Assembly: GCA_963665815.1 (NCBI GenBank)
Contig: OY762463.1
Span: 1,824,001-1,888,000, forward strand
DNA length: 64,000 nt
Reading direction: 5' to 3'
Source: Candidatus Cloacimonadales bacterium
GTDB lineage: Bacteria > Cloacimonadota > Cloacimonadia > Cloacimonadales > JAIOQZ01
Of this stretch, positions 39,078 to 48,840 are shown one piece after another. The notes below the pieces were generated by a model. It was not told the origin of the DNA and made no database searches. It was given only the letters and a program-made list of their open reading frames with translations. A program made the position numbers and the translations under genes. Numbering within the stretch: position 1 is the first letter of the stretch; every line of letters starts with the position of its first letter.

Positions 39078-39311
39078 CTATCCTAATTTTCCTTTAAGAT
39101 AATCAATAGCGTTGCCAACTGTTCTGAGCTTTTCAGCTTCTTCATCAGGAATTTCAATATCAAATTCTTCTTCGAATTTCATGATTAATTCAACAGTATC
39201 TAAAGAGTCTGCGCCAAGATCTTCGATGAAATTCGCTTCATTAGTGATTTCACTTTCATTAACGTCTAATTCCTGTACTATTATTTCTTTTACTTTAGCA
39301 GCGATATCCAT
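39078..39311 (-). CDS. acpP: Acyl carrier protein
   Basis: [14 protein letters not shown]. Confidence 0.98.
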   Translation of the reverse strand: MDIAAKVKEIIVQELDVNESEITNEANFIEDLGADSLDTVELIMKFEEEFDIEIPDEEAEKLRTVGNAIDYLKGKLG

Positions 39312-39331
39312 AAGGATCCTCCTTGTATTGA

Positions 39332-40078
39332 TTACATAATTAGTCCACCGTCGACATTAAGTGTCTGTCCGGTGATATATGAAGCTTCGTCAGAAGCTAA
39401 AAAGAGACATAAATTAGCGACATCTTCCGGTTTACCCATTCGAGCAAGCGGAATTGCCTTAGCATAAGATTCTACTACTTTTTCGTCAAGAATCTTTGTC
39501 ATTTCGGTTTCTATAAAACCCGGAGCTATTGAGTTAGCTCTGATATTTCTGGATGCAAACTCTTTTGCTGTTGATTTTGTAAAGGCAATAATTCCACCTT
39601 TTGAAGCAGCATAGTTAGCCTGTCCGGTATTGCCCATAATTCCAATAACTGATGCAATATTGATTATTGAACCTGTCCTTTTTTTCATCATAGGACGTAC
39701 AACATTCTGAGTACAGATAAATGTTCCTTTCAGATTAACATTAATTACAGCATCCCACTCTGAATCTTTCATCTTCATAATGAGATTATCTTTTGTAATA
39801 CCTGCATTATTCACAAGAACATCTATTTTTCCATATTTCTTGAATATATTGGAGAATGCTTCTTTTACATTATCTGCATCTGTGACATTCACAACATATC
39901 CGTCCGCAGCAAAATTCATTTCTTTAAGTTTTGCTACCGCATCATTCACTGCGTCTTCCTGAAGATCAATTATGATTGTCTGAGCTCCTGCTGCTGCAAA
40001 ACGTTCAGCAATCGAAAAACCGATTCCTCTTGCAGATCCTGTAACAATTACAACTTTATCTTTTATGCTTGCTATCAT
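39332..40078 (-). CDS. fabG: 3-oxoacyl-ACP reductase
   Basis: [29 protein letters not shown]. Confidence 0.96.
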   Translation of the reverse strand: MIASIKDKVVIVTGSARGIGFSIAERFAAAGAQTIIIDLQEDAVNDAVAKLKEMNFAADGYVVNVTDADNVKEAFSNIFKKYGKIDVLVNNAGITKDNLIMKMKDSEWDAVINVNLKGTFICTQNVVRPMMKKRTGSIINIASVIGIMGNTGQANYAASKGGIIAFTKSTAKEFASRNIRANSIAPGFIETEMTKILDEKVVESYAKAIPLARMGKPEDVANLCLFLASDEASYITGQTLNVDGGLIM

Positions 40079-41025
40079 GATTCTATCACCTCAATTGCTT
40101 TGTCAATATCTTCCGGTTTATCAATACTGATAACCTTAGCTTTTCGGTTGATTTTTCTCATCATACCGGCAAGCACTTTCTGCGGACCAAATTCTATAAA
40201 CAGTTCTACTCCACTGTCAATCAATAAATTCATAGAATCTACCCAAAGGACAGAAGAAGTAACCTGATCTGCAAGATTTTTTTTAATCTTTTCAGTATCG
40301 TTTGTCGGTTGAGCATCTACATTAGATACTACCGGAACATCAGTATCATTAAATCCGATATCGGCAATTTCTTCATTAAGCCACTCAGCAGCTTTCGCAA
40401 TCATTGGTGAATGGAAAGGACCGCCAACCTGAAGTTCAACAATGCGTTTTGCATTTTGTTCTCCGGCAAGTTCCATTGCTTTGTCGACTCCGGCTCTTGA
40501 TCCGGAAATTACTGTTTGAACAGGTGTATTATAATTTGCAGCAACAACGATTCCTGCCTGAGAAGCTTCTTCACAAATTGCTTTAACTGCATCCGGAGAT
40601 AATCCCAGAATAGCAGCCATTGCAAATGGTGATCCGTCGTTAGCCTTGATCATGAACTCTCCACGTTTATGAACAAGATGAAGAGCATCGTCCCAGTTTA
40701 ATACACCATTCGCAACCAAAGCTGAAAATTCACCAAGTGAATGACCTGCAACAAAATCAGGAGTAATATCCAGTTTTTCCTGCAGCGCTTTCATTGCGGC
40801 AACACTGTGAAACAGAATTGCTGGCTGAGTATATTTTGTTTCTTTTAATGATTCTTCAGGTCCTTCAAGCATTATACTCTTAAGCTGAACTCCATGTTTT
40901 TCATCAAACTTGTTTAACTCAGCAGTATATCCTGAAAAACCTTCGATATATTCCTTAGCCATTCCAACATATTGTGCTCCCTGTCCCGGGAAAAGAAAAG
41001 CTACTCTTTTTCCTTTGTATGACAT
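40075..41025 (-). CDS. fabD: Malonyl-CoA:ACP transacylase
   Basis: FPGQGAQ, GHSLGE, GPFHS. Confidence 0.97.
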   Translation of the reverse strand: MSYKGKRVAFLFPGQGAQYVGMAKEYIEGFSGYTAELNKFDEKHGVQLKSIMLEGPEESLKETKYTQPAILFHSVAAMKALQEKLDITPDFVAGHSLGEFSALVANGVLNWDDALHLVHKRGEFMIKANDGSPFAMAAILGLSPDAVKAICEEASQAGIVVAANYNTPVQTVISGSRAGVDKAMELAGEQNAKRIVELQVGGPFHSPMIAKAAEWLNEEIADIGFNDTDVPVVSNVDAQPTNDTEKIKKNLADQVTSSVLWVDSMNLLIDSGVELFIEFGPQKVLAGMMRKINRKAKVISIDKPEDIDKAIEVIES

Positions 41026-41035
41026 AATAATCTCC

Positions 41036-42034
41036 TTAATAGCGGAATAAGAGAGCGCCGGATGTCAGACCTGCCCCAAAAGCAGTCATCAATACAACAT
41101 CTCCTCTCCTGATATTTTTGAGTTTGATAGCTTCATCAAGAGCTATTGGAACTGTCGCAGCGGAAGTATTCGCGTATTTTTCGATGTTAACAATAACTTT
41201 CTTGTTCTGAATCTTAAGTTTCTTTCCAAGAGCCTGAATAATTCTCAGATTAGCCTGATGCGGAATAAGCCAGTCAATCGATTCCACATCCATCTTGTTT
41301 CTTTTCAGAACAACATCACAAAGATGATACATTGATTTTACAGCAAGCTTGAAAATCTTGTTTCCTTCCATGTGAACAGTATGAAGATTCTGTTGAACAG
41401 TTTCTTGAGAAGCAGGCATTTTTGAACCACCTGCCGGTTGAATCAACAGTTCACCAAAGTTTCCATCTGCCGACACTTCGGAATCAATAACTTTTGCAAT
41501 ATCAATATTTTCTGCTCTACTGAAAACTGCAGCTCCGGCACCATCACCGAATAAAACACAAGTCCCACGATCATTCCAGTTGAGAATTCTTGTAAGCGTT
41601 TCTGCTCCAATAACAAGTATGTGTTTCTTTGTACCATTTTCAATGAATTGCTGAGCAATGTTAGCTCCATAGATAAACCCGGTACAACCTGCAGAAACAT
41701 CAAAGGCTGTTGCTGTGTTTTTTATACCAAGTTTCTTCTGAACAAGACAGGAGGTTGAAGGAAAAGCATGGTCTCCGGTCACAGTACAGACTATAACCAT
41801 CTCAATATCTTTTGCTCTTAAACCTGCAGCTTCAATAGCCTGTTGTCCGGCTTTTGCAGCTAAATCTGAAGTTGTTTCACCTTCAGCAGCAACTCTTCGT
41901 TCCTGCATTCCGGTTCTGGTCCGGATCCACTCGTCGTTTGTATCGACCATGCGTTCCAGATCATGATTAGTGAGTACTTTCTTAGGTAAATATCTTCCTG
42001 TGCCGCTTATTTTTGCGAAATATTTTTGAACCAT
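41036..42034 (-). CDS. fabH: 3-oxoacyl-ACP synthase III
   Basis: AGCTGF, FGDGAGA, PHQAN, NTSAA. Confidence 0.97.
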   Translation of the reverse strand: MVQKYFAKISGTGRYLPKKVLTNHDLERMVDTNDEWIRTRTGMQERRVAAEGETTSDLAAKAGQQAIEAAGLRAKDIEMVIVCTVTGDHAFPSTSCLVQKKLGIKNTATAFDVSAGCTGFIYGANIAQQFIENGTKKHILVIGAETLTRILNWNDRGTCVLFGDGAGAAVFSRAENIDIAKVIDSEVSADGNFGELLIQPAGGSKMPASQETVQQNLHTVHMEGNKIFKLAVKSMYHLCDVVLKRNKMDVESIDWLIPHQANLRIIQALGKKLKIQNKKVIVNIEKYANTSAATVPIALDEAIKLKNIRRGDVVLMTAFGAGLTSGALLFRY

Positions 42035-42071
42035 AACTCCTCCGAGTATGAAGGATCACTCTTTTACATTA

Positions 42072-43067
42072 TCACTCAACCATAAACGATTCAACAGCGT
42101 GTTCTATAAAACCTGATTCAGCTATTTTGGAACCAAACTTTATAGCATTCATTATTGCAGTGGAATTTGAACTTCCATGAGCAATTATCGTGTTACCATT
42201 CAAACCGAATAATAAAGCTCCGCCGTATTCTGAATGATCCAATTTTGTCTTTAAATATTTGAAAGCAGGCATAGCGAGGAATGCACCGATTTTTGTCAGC
42301 CAATCCTTCTGAATCTGCTCTTTAAGCATTTTCATGATCATCATGGCAACACCTTCAACGGTTTTCAGCATTACATTTCCGACAAAACCATCACAGACAA
42401 CTACGTCAACGTTACCGTCAAGCAGTTGCTTACCTTCAATATTTCCGACAAAGTTAATGTCATTTCTTTCCTGCAGCATAGAGTATGTCTTTTTAGCAAG
42501 CTCATTACCCTTACTGCTTTCTTCTCCAATGTTTAATAAAGCAACTTCAGGATCTTCTCTATTATAAAAAAAACGGGAATATACTCTCCCCAGTATAGCA
42601 AATTGAACTAAATGCTCCGGAGTACAATCTACATTAGCTCCAACATCAAGGAACAATGTTGGTCTGTTCAATGTAGGAAGCACCATTGCAATGGCAGGTC
42701 TCATCACGTTCTTTATTCTTCCGTAGGTAAATAAAGACGAAGCCATGACAGCACCGGTGTTTCCAGCACTTACCATAAAGTCAGCAAGACCTTCTTTGTG
42801 CAGTCGAGATGCAGTTACCAATGACGAATCCTTCTTCTTCTTTACAGAAGTAGAGGCTTTATCATCCATAGAAATAACGTCCTGAGCGTGTACAATCTCT
42901 ATCCTGTCAGCTGGATAATCGAATTTCTTCAGTTCTTTCTCCAGTACTTCTCTTTTGCCAACAAGCAGAATCTTTTCGCAGACGTTTTCCTTAATGGCCT
43001 GAACAGCTCCCTCAACTTCTGGTAAGGGAGCATTATCACTGCCAAATGCATCTAAAGCTGCTATCAT
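42072..43067 (-). CDS. plsX: Phosphate acyltransferase
   Basis: ALDAFGSDNAP, SAGNTGA, DVGANVD, CDGFVGN. Confidence 0.97.
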   Translation of the reverse strand: MIAALDAFGSDNAPLPEVEGAVQAIKENVCEKILLVGKREVLEKELKKFDYPADRIEIVHAQDVISMDDKASTSVKKKKDSSLVTASRLHKEGLADFMVSAGNTGAVMASSLFTYGRIKNVMRPAIAMVLPTLNRPTLFLDVGANVDCTPEHLVQFAILGRVYSRFFYNREDPEVALLNIGEESSKGNELAKKTYSMLQERNDINFVGNIEGKQLLDGNVDVVVCDGFVGNVMLKTVEGVAMMIMKMLKEQIQKDWLTKIGAFLAMPAFKYLKTKLDHSEYGGALLFGLNGNTIIAHGSSNSTAIMNAIKFGSKIAESGFIEHAVESFMVE

Positions 43068-43249
43068 TACTGAGCTTTCACTTCTACTATTTTACGACCT
43101 TTATAAAAACCACATTTGTCACATACTTGATGTGGTCTAGCTGGTTCACCGCAATTTGAACAGGTATTCCATGTTGGCATCTCTGCTTTAAAGTGCGTTC
43201 TTCTCTTATCTCTTCTTGATTTAGAAGTTTTCCGTTTTGGTACAGCCAT
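43067..43249 (-). CDS. rpmF: 50S ribosomal protein L32
   Basis: MAVPKRKTSKSRRDKRR, CxxC..CxxC. Confidence 0.98.
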   Translation of the reverse strand: MAVPKRKTSKSRRDKRRTHFKAEMPTWNTCSNCGEPARPHQVCDKCGFYKGRKIVEVKAQ

Positions 43250-43403
43250 GTTATCTCCTTTTCTATTTCAACAATCAATCAATATCATATGATCGCTGAC
43301 ACCATATAACTTCATTCATTCCAATGAGTTAAATCACAAATATATTTTAAGATTTACAAAATTATTTTTCCAGCCTTTCTTGTCAAGAAATTTGGACACT
43401 ACT

Positions 43404-44708
43404 TCAGCCTCGCTTTGTTCGTATTATTCTGTCCTGCTTCGCTTTTACCCCATCGGTAATCTCATACGATTGAGCTATTCTGTCGGCAACATGTCTGCCT
43501 TTTTCCTTATCATCACAGAAAACAAAACCCATTTTTTCTCCTGTTTTCACTTCATCACCAATCCTGAAAAATAACTCTGCTCCGGATCCATAATTTAACA
43601 CGGAATCCACTTTTTTTCTGCCGGCATCTATATCTATCAGAGCATATCCAATAGACTGGCTGTCTATTACGGAAATATGTCCGTCTGCTTTACTCACTAT
43701 CGGAACTTTGTATTTACAGAACGGTAGCAAGTCTGTATTATTACATACTTCAGGATTTCCTCCCTGCAATTCTATCCATTCTGCAAAGACATCAAGCGCT
43801 TTTCCAGAATTTATAGCTTTTTCAACAGCTTCCGAAGCTTCAGCTTCATTTTTACAGCATTTAGATAAAATGAGCATTTCCATTGCCAGCTTTTTGGTTA
43901 TGATATGCAGATCGGGATTATCCGCCCCATTCAAGTAATCAATGCTCTCTTTTATTTCAAGAGCATTTCCGACATACTTGCCAATTGGAGAGTTCATATC
44001 TGTGAATACGACGGTAACATCCTGCCCGAACTTTCTGCCTGTTTCAGCAAGAAGAACTGCCAGACGTTTTGCTGTTTCCATGTTCTTCAGAAATGCCCCT
44101 GTGCCCACTTTAAGATCAATTACCAGATTCTGAGCTCCTTCTGCAATTTTCTTACTCATAATACTTGCAGTGATGAGAGGAAGACTCTCAACTGTTGCTG
44201 TAACATCTCTAAGACCATATATAAGCCTGTCAGCAGGAACCAGTTTTTCCGATTGACTGATAATACTGAATCCAACCTTATCAATAATATTTCTGAAATC
44301 AGATTCCGAAAAGTTCGTACGCAATCCGGGAATAGATTCCAATTTATCCAGAGTCCCACCGGTATGCCCTAATCCTCTGCCGGATATCATAGGTATTCTC
44401 GCACCGCATGCCGCAACAATAGGTGCTAGCGGAATTGTTATCTTGTCCCCAACTCCACCTGTTGAATGTTTATCTACTGTATTCCAGCCTCTCGGAAAAT
44501 CTATTCTGTCTCCGGAATTGACGTAAACACCGGTCAAAGCCTGAATTTCTTCCACTTCCATATCCTGAAAATAGATTGCCATCAACATGGATGACATCTG
44601 GTAATCAGGAATACTACCATCTATATATCCTTCAACGAAATACTTCATTTCGTCTACATTAAGTGCATTCCCCATTCTCTTTTTAAGAATCAGTTCCACA
44701 GGATTCAT
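43404..44708 (-). CDS. pdp: Pyrimidine-nucleoside/thymidine phosphorylase
   Basis: DKHSTGGVGDK, SGRGLGHTGGTLDKLES, SIMSKK; ATG 44708 with GAGGAG RBS. Confidence 0.93.
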   Translation of the reverse strand: MNPVELILKKRMGNALNVDEMKYFVEGYIDGSIPDYQMSSMLMAIYFQDMEVEEIQALTGVYVNSGDRIDFPRGWNTVDKHSTGGVGDKITIPLAPIVAACGARIPMISGRGLGHTGGTLDKLESIPGLRTNFSESDFRNIIDKVGFSIISQSEKLVPADRLIYGLRDVTATVESLPLITASIMSKKIAEGAQNLVIDLKVGTGAFLKNMETAKRLAVLLAETGRKFGQDVTVVFTDMNSPIGKYVGNALEIKESIDYLNGADNPDLHIITKKLAMEMLILSKCCKNEAEASEAVEKAINSGKALDVFAEWIELQGGNPEVCNNTDLLPFCKYKVPIVSKADGHISVIDSQSIGYALIDIDAGRKKVDSVLNYGSGAELFFRIGDEVKTGEKMGFVFCDDKEKGRHVADRIAQSYEITDGVKAKQDRIIRTKRG

Positions 44709-44736
44709 AATAACTCCTCTTTGGCTTAAAATAGAA

Positions 44737-44765
44737 AACAGGCTGACGTTTTTCACCAGCCTGTT
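44737..44765 (-). terminator. Rho-independent terminator after the aminotransferase
   Basis: AACAGGCTG..CAGCCTGTT stem followed by a T-rich run on the minus strand. Confidence 0.65.
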
Positions 44766-44810
44766 ACTATATTAACTGTAATTCAAATTACTAATCAAGT
44801 TATTTTTTTA

Positions 44811-46010
44811 CTAATCCATCAATTTTTTAATTATTACTGAGAGCCTTTTTACTCCCTCTTCAATCTGATCTGCTGTCGGATATGAGAAATTGAGTCTGAT
44901 TTCATTCTGTTTTTCAAAACCGGTAGGATAGAATTTTGATCCGGGTATAAAGCTTACTTTTTCATCTCTTGCCTTCTCAAACAACTCGTCACAGCAAATG
45001 TTTTCAGGTAATGTTACCCAGACAAACATACCACCCTCAGGATTTGTCCATTTAATTCCTTCCGGCATATATTTATCGAGAGATGAAAGCATTCTTTCTC
45101 TGAGAGGTTTGTAATATTCACATATTGTTTCAATATGTCCGGGAAGTAGCTTCTCATTAATAAAGTTTGTTACACATCTTTGAGAAACACAGTCAACACT
45201 TACGTTGACTTTTTCCATCCATGAGCTCATTTTTTCAATAACTTCCTGTGAACCTGCAGCATATGCCATTCTTAATCCCGGTCCCAGAATTTTTGAGAAT
45301 GATTTTACTAATGTAACGATATCTGAACCTGCTTCTCTCGATATTTCAAAAATTGATTTTATGTGCTCACCGGTATATCTCAACTCAGCATAAGGGCTGT
45401 CTTCAAGAATCTGAATATTATTTTCCTTACATATCTCAAAGATTTCCTGTCTTCTGCTAAGATCCATTGTTTTACCGGTAGGATTCTGGAATTCAGGAAT
45501 CACGTACAGGAACTTAATCCTATCTCTGTGTTCTTTGATTGCTTTTTTGAGTTCTTCCGGAGTAATACCTTTATCATCCATATCCAGACCAACAATTTTC
45601 GCACCCATAGTTTCAAAAGATATTAATGAACCAAGAAAACTCGGAGCTTCAGCGAGAATAACATCTCCCTCATCAATAAATACACTTGTATACAGAAAAA
45701 TAGCATTTGTTGAGCCCACAGTAATAAGAAGTTCATCATCTGTGAGTTCGGTATTTACTAATGTTTTCAATGCCTGTTTTAATTGAGTATCACCTTGAGA
45801 TGCACCATACTGAAGAACATCTTCACCGTCTTCAAGAACAGTTTTTCGGTACATATCGGCAATCAATTTTTTGTTAAATGTTTTAGGAGAGGGAAATCCT
45901 CCTGCAAGAGAGATCAACCCCGGAATATTCTTGGTTGACGCAACTAAAGCTCTGATCATGGAAGACTTCATCTTTAAGGTCTTTTCGGAATAATTTGCTT
46001 TAAAATCCAT
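44811..46010 (-). CDS. PLP-dependent class I aminotransferase (aromatic/2-aminoadipate type)
   Basis: ISLAGGFP, FQNPTG, EDSPY, SFSKILGPGLR, RLNFS. Confidence 0.92.
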   Translation of the reverse strand: MDFKANYSEKTLKMKSSMIRALVASTKNIPGLISLAGGFPSPKTFNKKLIADMYRKTVLEDGEDVLQYGASQGDTQLKQALKTLVNTELTDDELLITVGSTNAIFLYTSVFIDEGDVILAEAPSFLGSLISFETMGAKIVGLDMDDKGITPEELKKAIKEHRDRIKFLYVIPEFQNPTGKTMDLSRRQEIFEICKENNIQILEDSPYAELRYTGEHIKSIFEISREAGSDIVTLVKSFSKILGPGLRMAYAAGSQEVIEKMSSWMEKVNVSVDCVSQRCVTNFINEKLLPGHIETICEYYKPLRERMLSSLDKYMPEGIKWTNPEGGMFVWVTLPENICCDELFEKARDEKVSFIPGSKFYPTGFEKQNEIRLNFSYPTADQIEEGVKRLSVIIKKLMD

Positions 46011-46148
46011 TGATACCTCTTTTTGTATATTATATTTTTTTGACAAAAATTAGAGATTAACCATTTTGAGTCAATGAAAGTTTCCAATTGATTGCTCTGC
46101 ATAACTACATGAACTATCTGCAAAGCTTTCAAATATTAAGGAGTTTCT

Positions 46149-47726
46149 ATGGAACGCATCCTTTATAACGCAAAAATCTTTACTATGAATACCGAAATGG
46201 ACATATTCGATTCAATTTTGATTTCCGGAAATAAAATAATAAGCGTCGGAACATACGATGAATGTTTACAGGCATCTGCACAGAAAGATAAAACTGTAAA
46301 AATTGATTTGAAAGGACGAGTTATTCTCCCCGGGTTAATTGATACTCATACTCATTTCTATCAACTGGCAAAACTACAGTATGAAGTCAATCTATCAAAT
46401 TGCTTCAGCTTGAAAGATACTGTAAACTACCTCAGGAAATATCGCAGAAATATGAATCCCCAGATTCAATGGATTAACGGAAGCGGCTGGAATACCAATC
46501 TCAACAAAAGCAGATGGAACAGGTATACACTTGATGAAATATTCCCGGATATCCCTGTGAGTATTAAGAGTTGGGATCTGCATACTAAAATTTGTAACTC
46601 AGTTGCACTTGAAGCTGCAGGAATTACTGAAGATTTTAAGTATACCGGAAAAGGAAAAATCGGGAGATTCCCTGATGGCACACCTGACGGATTCCTATAT
46701 GAAGAAGCCTGGGATCTGATAAACGATGTCATGATTCCCCTACCTGAGAAACTGATGGAGAAAGCTATAAAATCAACCATACATGAATGCTGGAAGCTGG
46801 GACTCACAGGAGTTCACTTCATGGAGGGGGAAAATCAGGCAGAGCTTCTCAGGAAAATATCTGATAATGGAACTCAATTCCGCTTCTTCTGGCATTTTCC
46901 GGAGTCCTGCCTGGATGATTTCATTGAGCAGGGAATAATATCATATACCGGAACTGATATGTACAAAATATGCGGCTTGAAATTATATGCTGATGGTTCA
47001 GTCGGTTCTCGCTCCGCTTATATGAGTAATCCGTACTCTGATGGTTCGTATGGATTCCTTACTTGGAATAAAAATGAATTGAGAGAAACAATCCTCCGGG
47101 CTGCAGAAAACGGCATTTCTTCCACTGTTCATGCAATTGGTGATAAGTGTAATACAATTGTAATTGAAGCAATAACCAATGCAATAGACGAGACCCAACT
47201 GAGCAAGCTGTTCAGAGTTGAACACGCACAATTCATACAGAGCCCAGATATAAAAAAACTGTCTGAGTACAACATTTTTACAGCCATGCAGCCTATACAT
47301 ATGAAATACGATATTACTAACATTCATAAATTTCTGCCATCATCAGAGTCGCTGGCATATAGAACCAGAGATATATTAAGCTCAGGGATCAAGGTTGGAT
47401 TTGGTTCCGACGCTCCGGTCGCAGAGATCAATCCTTTCCACTGTATATACTCGGCACTAAGCAGAAAAGCAGGCAACAGACCTGACGAACAGACCTGGTT
47501 CCCGGGTCAGGCTATTACTCCGATAGAAGCACTAAAAGCCTTTACGATAGACGCAGCCTATGGATCTATGTCATCTGAATCACTGGGATCATTGGAACCA
47601 GGTAAATATGCCGATCTGATCGTAATTGACAACTTTGAGGGGAAACCTGATGAATTCTGGCTTGACGTGAAATCACAATTGACGATGGTGAACGGAAAGA
47701 TTGTATATAACAATATAGAGAAGTAG
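46149..47726 (+). CDS. Amidohydrolase family 3 (YtcJ-like)
   Basis: PGLIDTHTH, KLYADGS, HAIGD, RVEHAQ, GSDAPV, GSLEPGKYAD. Confidence 0.92.
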   Translation: MERILYNAKIFTMNTEMDIFDSILISGNKIISVGTYDECLQASAQKDKTVKIDLKGRVILPGLIDTHTHFYQLAKLQYEVNLSNCFSLKDTVNYLRKYRRNMNPQIQWINGSGWNTNLNKSRWNRYTLDEIFPDIPVSIKSWDLHTKICNSVALEAAGITEDFKYTGKGKIGRFPDGTPDGFLYEEAWDLINDVMIPLPEKLMEKAIKSTIHECWKLGLTGVHFMEGENQAELLRKISDNGTQFRFFWHFPESCLDDFIEQGIISYTGTDMYKICGLKLYADGSVGSRSAYMSNPYSDGSYGFLTWNKNELRETILRAAENGISSTVHAIGDKCNTIVIEAITNAIDETQLSKLFRVEHAQFIQSPDIKKLSEYNIFTAMQPIHMKYDITNIHKFLPSSESLAYRTRDILSSGIKVGFGSDAPVAEINPFHCIYSALSRKAGNRPDEQTWFPGQAITPIEALKAFTIDAAYGSMSSESLGSLEPGKYADLIVIDNFEGKPDEFWLDVKSQLTMVNGKIVYNNIEK

Positions 47727-47738
47727 AAAGGGAAAATT

Positions 47739-48200
47739 ATGATAAAACAAATAAGTGTAATAGGACAAAGTGGAATTATAGATGAAGATTTACAGAAGGC
47801 TGCCTTCAGAATAGGTAAAGCAATCGCAGAAAACGAAAAGATACTGATCTGTGGAGGAAGAGACGGAGTAATGGAACAGGCCTGCAAGGGTGTTCATTCA
47901 GTTGGAGGAACTTCTGTGGGGATAATGATGGGATACGATAAAGAAGAAGCAAACGAGTTTGTTGATATTGTAATACCTACCGGATTGAATCAGGCGAGAA
48001 ATACTTGTGTTGTCTCGTCAGGAGATCTCGTAATTGCTATTGGTGGTTCTTATGGCACACTCAGTGAAATAGCTCTGGCGAAATCAATGGGAAAACGAGT
48101 AATTGGCTATAATACCTGGTCAGGCAAGGGTCATGTTTCCGATCTGGAAATAGAAAATAAATCAGTTGACGAAATATGCAGGATATTAGCAGACTGTTAA
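47739..48200 (+). CDS. LOG/TIGR00725 family protein
   Basis: CGGRDGVME, TGLNQARN, GGSYGTLSEI. Confidence 0.9.
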   Translation: MIKQISVIGQSGIIDEDLQKAAFRIGKAIAENEKILICGGRDGVMEQACKGVHSVGGTSVGIMMGYDKEEANEFVDIVIPTGLNQARNTCVVSSGDLVIAIGGSYGTLSEIALAKSMGKRVIGYNTWSGKGHVSDLEIENKSVDEICRILADC

Positions 48201-48326
48201 CAGATTTCAGAAATAGTTGTAATTTAGCAACATATGGATTTTCTAATTTTTTTAATAAAAAAAACATTGACATCAAAGTCGGGTTTTTCGAATGTGTTCA
48301 CCTGTAGATTAAATATGGAGATTTAA

Positions 48327-48692
48327 ATGATCATAGCATTATCAATATTGTTCGTTATAATATGTGTTGCAACTGTACTCATAATACTTTCGCAATCCAG
48401 CAAAGGTGCCGGAATGGAAGGTTTACTTGGTGGTGCTGCATCTAACGTGTTTGGTTCACAAGGTGGATCAGACGTTTTGAAAAAAGCAACAAAAGGTCTC
48501 GTTGCTGCATTCTTCATTGTCTCCCTGTTTATCGGCTGGTACATCAACGGTCATTCAAAGCAGACCAAAGTTAATAGTCCTGCTCTTGATAAATATCGTC
48601 AAAAAATGATGAAACAAAAACCGGCAGCTACTCAGGAAGATCTTCAGGAAATGGAAGTTACTCCTACAGAAACAAAAGATACTGATAAGTAA
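48327..48692 (+). CDS. secG: Preprotein translocase subunit SecG
   Basis: Two TMs with ILSQSSKGAG..GG...FGSQG..LKKAT linker; followed by tRNA-Leu. Confidence 0.92.
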   Translation: MIIALSILFVIICVATVLIILSQSSKGAGMEGLLGGAASNVFGSQGGSDVLKKATKGLVAAFFIVSLFIGWYINGHSKQTKVNSPALDKYRQKMMKQKPAATQEDLQEMEVTPTETKDTDK

Positions 48693-48709
48693 AAAGTACA
48701 TAAGTGATT

Positions 48710-48797
48710 GCAGAAGTGGTGGAATTGGCAGACACGCAAGACTAAGGATCTTGTGCCCAATGCGGGTGTGCGGGTTCGAGTCCCGCCTTCTGCACCA
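48710..48797 (+). tRNA. tRNA-Leu, anticodon AAG (48744-48746)
   Basis: Acceptor GCAGAAG/CTTCTGC-ACCA; anticodon stem CAAGA/TCTTG with loop CT-AAG-GA; long variable arm; GCGGG-TTCGAGT-CCCGC T arm. Confidence 0.95.
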
Positions 48798-48807
48798 AAT
48801 ATAAACT

Positions 48808-48840
48808 AAGACTGTTGAATTTTCAACAGTCTTTTTTATT
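48808..48840. terminator. Terminator between the tRNA and the convergent oxidoreductase
   Basis: AAGACTGTTGAA-TT-TTCAACAGTCTT followed by TTTTATT. Confidence 0.8.
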
